DNA of 64,000 bases, from positions 32,001 through 96,000 of the forward strand of contig CAVRZA010000001.1 of assembly GCA_963725665.1 (NCBI GenBank). Direction: 5' to 3'. The DNA comes from an uncultured Actinomycetes bacterium. Its GTDB lineage: Bacteria > Actinomycetota > Thermoleophilia > UBA2241. The stretch's first letter is position 1, and every line of letters begins with the position of its first letter. The notes beneath the pieces were generated by a model. The model was not told the origin of the DNA, ran no database searches, and saw only the letters and a program-made list of their open reading frames with translations. Position numbers and translations under genes: made by a program. Shown here piece by piece: positions 58,579-64,000 of the stretch.

Positions 58579-60006
58579 ATGAGAGGTCGTCTCTTCATTG
58601 CCGTCGCGGTGCTGGCGCTGGCGTCGCGCTGCTCCCGAGCGGTCGCCTTGGCAGCGGGTGCGCTACCTCCGGGCGGTTCGGCCGTCAGGCACGTGACCGC
58701 GGGATCGGGGCAGCTCGCGACGCAGCGCGTCGCCGCCGCAGCGACGCCCGCGGGGGCCTCGATGCTGGCCGCCCCGCGCCTCGGCATCGTCACGAACGGG
58801 CCTTGTACCGTCTCGGGCGTCGTCCAGGACTTGTCGGGGGCGCCGGTCGTAGATGCGACCGTGGAGTGGGGCTACTACGACGCGCAGGGGGACTGGGTCT
58901 TCGGCAACGAGGTCAAGTCGCAGGCCGACGGCTCTTTCAGCTTCGACGGGGTGCTCGCCACGACCGACGGCGAGCTCGACGTGTATCTGTCCGGTGAGGC
59001 CGGCTACCAGGCTTCGAGCCTAACCTTCAGTGCCCCTCCCGCGGAGAACGACTTCGTGCTGCGGCCCGGCGTCGTGCCCTTCACCACGACGCGTGCGAGC
59101 AGTTCGCTCTGGAACTACTGGGACGGCGTCGTCGTCGGGACGCTGGGGTCACGGGGTGGCGCCACGACGACCCTCGGGGAGACGGGCAGTGCCTACGTGA
59201 TGCCGCCCGACTACGACCGCGCCGTGGTCTACTACTTCGCCAACCAGGCGGTCGAGTGGGTCGGCGGCTCCCTGATACCCGTGGCCGCGGGGGGTACAGG
59301 CGGGACTCCGATCGACGTCTCCCAGGACGAGGCGCAGTCGGTCCTCATCACGAAGCCATACTGGGCGTCCGGCAGGCCGGGCAAGTCGATCAGGCTACGT
59401 ATGGGCAACTGGCCGGCGGGCTGGCAGGCCGCGTTCTACGGCTACTCGGAGTACCCCGACTCGCATCCCGAGAAGGTGTTCGGCGCGACCTACAGGTCGA
59501 GCGGAGCGGCGGCCGTGGTCTCTCTCCACATCCCGGCCGACGCGACACCAGGCTACGACTTCCAGGTCCACGCCAACCGCTCCGACACCGCGGACTCGGC
59601 CCTCGACATCAACGACTTCTTCCAGGTGTGCACGCTGAAGTCGAGCCGGACATCCGTGCGCTCCGGCGCCGCGATCCGGCTCAGCGGTCGGGTGCCGCTC
59701 GCAGGGCATTGGGGGAGCAAGCTCGCCCCCTCCGGCAAACGAGTGACCATCTTCAGTCGGACGACGGCCCCGTCGGGGCAGCCGACGAACTGGACGTTTC
59801 CGAAGGGCTGGACCAAGGTGGCGACGGTCTGGACCACTCGCTCCGGCGCCTACCACTCGGCCTACCTGCATCCCAAGCGCTCCACCTGGTACATCGTGCG
59901 CTACCCGGCGTCCTCGAACGCCGCGATGAGGCAGTGGTATTGGAAGGCCTTCACCTCATACCTGAAGGTGCGCGTCTACCAGGGCGGCGCGGTCCTTCCG
60001 AGGTGA
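58579..60006 (+). CDS. Secreted beta-rich hypothetical protein (carboxypeptidase-regulatory-like domain)
   Basis: Signal peptide; VSGVVQD.SGAPV.DATV. Confidence 0.7.
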   Translation: MRGRLFIAVAVLALASRCSRAVALAAGALPPGGSAVRHVTAGSGQLATQRVAAAATPAGASMLAAPRLGIVTNGPCTVSGVVQDLSGAPVVDATVEWGYYDAQGDWVFGNEVKSQADGSFSFDGVLATTDGELDVYLSGEAGYQASSLTFSAPPAENDFVLRPGVVPFTTTRASSSLWNYWDGVVVGTLGSRGGATTTLGETGSAYVMPPDYDRAVVYYFANQAVEWVGGSLIPVAAGGTGGTPIDVSQDEAQSVLITKPYWASGRPGKSIRLRMGNWPAGWQAAFYGYSEYPDSHPEKVFGATYRSSGAAAVVSLHIPADATPGYDFQVHANRSDTADSALDINDFFQVCTLKSSRTSVRSGAAIRLSGRVPLAGHWGSKLAPSGKRVTIFSRTTAPSGQPTNWTFPKGWTKVATVWTTRSGAYHSAYLHPKRSTWYIVRYPASSNAAMRQWYWKAFTSYLKVRVYQGGAVLPR

Positions 60007-60019
60007 GAGCGGCGTGAGG

Positions 60020-60063
60020 CGCGGGCGGCTCGGCGCCTAGGCCTAGGCGCCGAGCCGCCCGCG
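60020..60063. repeat. Perfect 44-bp spacerless palindrome
   Basis: cgcgggcggctcggcgcctagg|cctaggcgccgagccgcccgcg. Confidence 0.9.
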
Positions 60064-60240
60064 GATCCGACTACGCGGCCCGTCGCACCGCCCGCGGGCC
60101 GCCCTGCGCGGGCGCGGCGCCCGCCCCCCGCTCCTCTTGCCCGTCGTCTTTCACCCATCGCTTGCGCCTGCTATCGTTGTGCACCAGTCCGGGCGGCCCC
60201 GTGCCGCCGTTTGTTTGCAGGAGCAGGGTAAAGCTCTCAA

Positions 60241-61917
60241 TTGATCGAGCACGACCTCCTCATCGTCGGGGCCGGCCTCGCCGGTATGCGCGCCGCCATC
60301 GCGGCCACCGACGCCGGTGTCGACGTCGGCGTGCTCACCAAGGTGTATCCGGTGCGCAGCCACACCTGCTGCGCCCAGGGCGGCATCAACGCGGCGCTGG
60401 GCGACGACGACTCCTGGGAAGCCCACCTGTTCGACACGGTCAAGGGTTCCGACTACCTCGGCGACCAGGACGCCATCGAAGCCCTGTGCAAGGACGGACC
60501 GCGCGACGTGATCGACCTCGAGCACATGGGTTGCCCCTTCTCGCGCACCGACGACGGTCGCATCGCACAGCGGCCCTTCGGCGGCGCCGGCTACCCGCGC
60601 ACCGCATACGCCGCCGACATCAGCGGCTTCGTGATCCTGCACACGCTGCACCAGCAGTGCCTGAAGCGTGGCGTGCGGTTCTACGAGGAGTGGTTCGTCA
60701 CCCGCCTGGTGATGAACGAAGGCAAGGCGGCCGGCGTGGTGGCCATCGAGGTGCGCAGCGGCCGGCTGCGGGAGCTGCGCGCCAAGGCCGTGCTCTTCGC
60801 CGCCGGTCCTTCGAGCCGCGTCTATGAGAACTCCTCGAACTCGGTGGACTGCACCGGCGACGGCGTGGCGATCGCCTACCGCGCCGGGCTGCCGATCATG
60901 GACGTGGAGTTCGTGCAGTTCCACCCCACCGGCCTGCGCAACGGCGTGCTCGTCACGGAGGGCGCTCGGGGCGAGGGAGGGATCCTTCTGAACGCGCTCG
61001 GCGAGCGCTTCATGAAGAAATACGCGCCGACCAAGATGGACCTCGCCTCGCGCGACGTCGTCTCGCGCGCCGAGGCGCAGGAGATCGCCGAGGGACGCGG
61101 CTTTCCGGGGGGCTTCATCCACCTCGACCTGCGCCCGATCGGCGCCGAGAAGATCAAGCACGATCTCTTCCAGGTGCGCGAGCTCTCGATGGAGATCGCC
61201 GGTGTGGACCCCTGCGAAGAGCCGATCCCGATCAAGCCCACGCCGCACTACTTCATGGGGGGCATCAAGGTCGACGTCGACGGAGCGGCGCCGGGCACCG
61301 AGGGTTTCTTCGCCGCCGGCGAGGTGGCCTGCGTGAGCGTGCACGGTGCGAACCGTCTCGGCGGCAACAGCCTGCTCGAGGGGCTCGTGTTCGGCAGGCG
61401 CGCGGGCGAGGCCGCGGCGGCCTTCGCGGCCGGCCTCGCCCGCGCGCCCGAGTTCCCCTCGTCGGCCCTGCCCGAGGTCGAGGCCGAGATCACGACCCTC
61501 GTCGCGCGCGACGACGGCGAGCGTCAGGCGCCCATCCGCGCCGCTCTGCAGGCGCTCATGAGCGAGAAAGCCGGCATCTACCGCTCGGAGGAGTCTCTCC
61601 GTGAGGCGCTCGAGGGCGTACGCGACCTCAAGGAGCGCTATGCGCAGGTGCGCTGCGACGACAAGCGGCGCTTGTTCAACACTGACCTGTTGCAGATCCT
61701 CGAGACGGGCCACCTGCTCGACATCGCCGAGTGCATCTGTGTCGGGGCGCTCGCCCGCGAGGAGAGCCGCGGCAGCCACGCGCGCACCGACTTCCCCGAA
61801 CGCGACGACGTCGCTTGGCTCAAGCACAGCCTGTACCGGCACACGCCCGATGGTCCCCGTCTCGACTACGCTCCGGTGACCATCACCAGGCACGCTCCCG
61901 AGACCAGGGCCTACTGA
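60241..61917 (+). CDS. sdhA: Succinate dehydrogenase/fumarate reductase flavoprotein
   Basis: [36 protein letters not shown]. Confidence 0.95.
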   Translation: MIEHDLLIVGAGLAGMRAAIAATDAGVDVGVLTKVYPVRSHTCCAQGGINAALGDDDSWEAHLFDTVKGSDYLGDQDAIEALCKDGPRDVIDLEHMGCPFSRTDDGRIAQRPFGGAGYPRTAYAADISGFVILHTLHQQCLKRGVRFYEEWFVTRLVMNEGKAAGVVAIEVRSGRLRELRAKAVLFAAGPSSRVYENSSNSVDCTGDGVAIAYRAGLPIMDVEFVQFHPTGLRNGVLVTEGARGEGGILLNALGERFMKKYAPTKMDLASRDVVSRAEAQEIAEGRGFPGGFIHLDLRPIGAEKIKHDLFQVRELSMEIAGVDPCEEPIPIKPTPHYFMGGIKVDVDGAAPGTEGFFAAGEVACVSVHGANRLGGNSLLEGLVFGRRAGEAAAAFAAGLARAPEFPSSALPEVEAEITTLVARDDGERQAPIRAALQALMSEKAGIYRSEESLREALEGVRDLKERYAQVRCDDKRRLFNTDLLQILETGHLLDIAECICVGALAREESRGSHARTDFPERDDVAWLKHSLYRHTPDGPRLDYAPVTITRHAPETRAY

Positions 61918-61954
61918 TGGTCAGGGGCGTCCGCGACGTGAAGGTCACCTACTG

Positions 61955-62938
61955 ATGGTGCAGGCGACGCTCGAGATCGGGCGCTTCGACCCCGGCCGTG
62001 ACCCGCAGCCCTACACCCAGCGCTTCACGGTCGAGCTCGCCGACGGCTCGACCGTGCTCGAGGCGTTGATGGCCGTGCAGGAGAACCAGGACGGCAGCCT
62101 GGCCTTTCGCCGCGCCTGCCGGCACGGCATCTGCGGCGCTTGCGCGATGCGCATCAACGGCTGCGCGCGCCTCGCCTGCAACACCCAGCTCGCGGACGTC
62201 GTGAAGCAGGCGGCGCTGATCTCGGAGCGGAGGGCTGAGGACGGTGCCGCCGTCATCGTCGCGCCGCTGGCGAACATGCCGGTCGTCAAGGACCTCGTGA
62301 CCGATCTGGAGGTGTTCTGGCGCAAGATCCGTCGCGTGCGGCCTTGGCTCGCGCCGCCCGGGGCGCCGGCCGATCCCGACCGCGAGCGGCTCATGACCCC
62401 GAGCGAGTGGGACGAGGTCGCCCAGGCCGTGTTGTGCCTAGAGTGCGGCGCCTGCTACTCGGCGTGCGAGTCGCTCACCGCGAGCCCGGAGTTCATCGGC
62501 CCGACCGCCCTCACCCAGGCCCATCGCTTCGTCGCCGACCCGCGCGACGGCGCGGCCCGCGAGCGCCTAGCCGATCTCTCCGACGAGCACGGCCTGTGGG
62601 AGTGCACGCGCTGCTTCGCGTGCACGGAGCGCTGTCCCAAGCACATCCGCGTGCGCGAGCTCATCGCCGAGCTCGGCGGCCTCGCCTACGGCGACCGCCT
62701 GCGCGACGACCCGGCCGTGCGCCACGCGGAGGCGTTCGTCGCCTCGCTGAGGGAGAGCGGGCGGCTGAACGAGGCGACGCTCGGCGTGAGGTCGCAGGGG
62801 GTGGCCTGGACGGTCCGTCACGCGGCGCAGATCGCTCGCCAGGCGCGGGCCGGCAAGCTCGCTTCGCCGCGGCCCGCGCCCATCGACGAGCACGAGACGC
62901 TCAGAGAGATCATGCAGCGCGCGGAGGACTCGCGGTGA
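61955..62938 (+). CDS. sdhB: Succinate dehydrogenase/fumarate reductase iron-sulfur subunit with C-terminal extension
   Basis: [20 protein letters not shown] and [12 protein letters not shown] motifs. Confidence 0.93.
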   Translation: MVQATLEIGRFDPGRDPQPYTQRFTVELADGSTVLEALMAVQENQDGSLAFRRACRHGICGACAMRINGCARLACNTQLADVVKQAALISERRAEDGAAVIVAPLANMPVVKDLVTDLEVFWRKIRRVRPWLAPPGAPADPDRERLMTPSEWDEVAQAVLCLECGACYSACESLTASPEFIGPTALTQAHRFVADPRDGAARERLADLSDEHGLWECTRCFACTERCPKHIRVRELIAELGGLAYGDRLRDDPAVRHAEAFVASLRESGRLNEATLGVRSQGVAWTVRHAAQIARQARAGKLASPRPAPIDEHETLREIMQRAEDSR

Positions 62939-63822
62939 GCGCGTCGAGCTACGCCTACTACCCGGGGTGCTATCCCAAAGGGAGCACGCGCGAGCTCGAC
63001 GTCGCCACGCGGCTCACGTGCGAGGCCTTGGGGATCGTCCTGCACGAGATGACCGCCGCACCCTGTTGCGGCGCCGGCGACGTGCAAGAGATCGACGCGC
63101 CGCTGAACGCGGCGGTCAACGCGCTTACGCTGGCGCAGGCCGAGCGCGCCGCCGAAGACATCCTGACCATCTGCAACGTCTGCAACCTGAACCTGCGCCA
63201 GGTCAACGCCGAGCTCCGCGACGACCCCGGCGAGCTGGCGCGCGTCAACAAGGTCCTGGCGACGGTCGGCTACGGCTACCGGGGCACGGTCGAGGTGCGG
63301 CACCTCCTCTGGGTGCTGGCCCGCGACGTCGGCCCCGAGCGCCTCACCGCCGCGGTCAGGCGGCCGCTGCAGGGCCTGCGCGTGGCGCCCTTCTACGGCT
63401 GCCAGGTGCTGCGCCCGAGCGCCATCAACGACTTCGAGGACCCCGACGACCCGCGTTCGCTGGAGACGATCGTCGCAGCGTGCGGCGGAGTGCCGGTCGA
63501 CCACGAGCGCAGGACGGCGTGCTGCGGCTGGCCCGTCGTCATGGCGCGCGAGGACGGCGCTGTATGGATGGCGGCGCAGGTGCTGGCGAGCGCCAGGGAG
63601 GCCGGTGCCGACTTGATCGTCACGCCGTGTCCGCTCTGTCACGTCTCGCTCGACGGCTACCAGGCGAGCGCCGAGAAGATGCTGGCCGACGAGCTGCGGC
63701 TCCCGGTAGTGCACCTGCCGCAGCTCGTCGGCCTCGCTCTCGGCGCCTCGCCGCGTGAGCTGCGCCTCGACAAGCACGTGGTGCCCACGGCGCCGGCGTT
63801 GCGCAGGCTCGCCCCGCGCTAG
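62935..63822 (+). CDS. HdrB-like CCG-domain subunit (SdhE-type anchor)
   Basis: YYPGC, CCG twice, FYGC, PCPLC; GTGA overlap with sdhB. Confidence 0.9.
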   Translation: MSASSYAYYPGCYPKGSTRELDVATRLTCEALGIVLHEMTAAPCCGAGDVQEIDAPLNAAVNALTLAQAERAAEDILTICNVCNLNLRQVNAELRDDPGELARVNKVLATVGYGYRGTVEVRHLLWVLARDVGPERLTAAVRRPLQGLRVAPFYGCQVLRPSAINDFEDPDDPRSLETIVAACGGVPVDHERRTACCGWPVVMAREDGAVWMAAQVLASAREAGADLIVTPCPLCHVSLDGYQASAEKMLADELRLPVVHLPQLVGLALGASPRELRLDKHVVPTAPALRRLAPR

Positions 63823-63866
63823 GGGCTCGCCGAGGGGGCTCGCCCCGCGCTGGCCGATCTCTCCTC

Positions 63867-64000
63867 CTACCCCGCCCGCGGCCTGAAGACGTAGAGGCGC
63901 ATGTAGGCCGCGACGACGATGGCGTGGTCCGTCGCCGAGACCGGGGCGTAACGCCCCTCGGAGAAGCGCCAGCGGACGCGGCCCGTGCGTGCGTCGAGGC
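63867..64000 (-). CDS. C-terminus of a probable PQQ-like beta-propeller protein (partial)
   Basis: LDARTGRVRWRF repeat motif; TAG at 63867-63869. Confidence 0.6.
   Translation of the reverse strand, partial: LDARTGRVRWRFSEGRYAPVSATDHAIVVAAYMRLYVFRPRAG

Overview
High-GC bacterial DNA. MMPL proteins, apparently leaderless genes and the general gene content suggest an Actinomycetota-like genome, but the taxon is an inference. The window has three parts. (1) 1-6.2 kb: a peptide/nickel-type ABC operon plus a non-pyrrolysine MttB-family methyltransferase. (2) About 6.2-45.6 kb: a ~39 kb accessory mosaic downstream of a minus-strand tRNA-Gln(CTG)/tRNA-Glu(CTC) pair. Four 3' tRNA-Glu duplicates and several families of conserved non-coding repeats subdivide it, and I see no integrase. 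It carries glnS with a second tRNA-Gln, two MMPL paralogues, a response regulator/solute-binding protein/kinase module and many small stress or detox genes. Next to the tRNA is a co-oriented array with two complete integron attC sites, attC remnants, a candidate attI and HEPN/HNH/PD-(D/E)xK-like cargo. (3) 45.7-64 kb: core-looking central metabolism (sucCD, malic enzyme with an 11-mer repeat tail, two-subunit fumarase, SdhAB with an HdrB-like subunit), interrupted by secreted-protein genes. Many single-base frameshifts in housekeeping genes are probably assembly errors. Product calls are from motif recognition by eye, not database searches.
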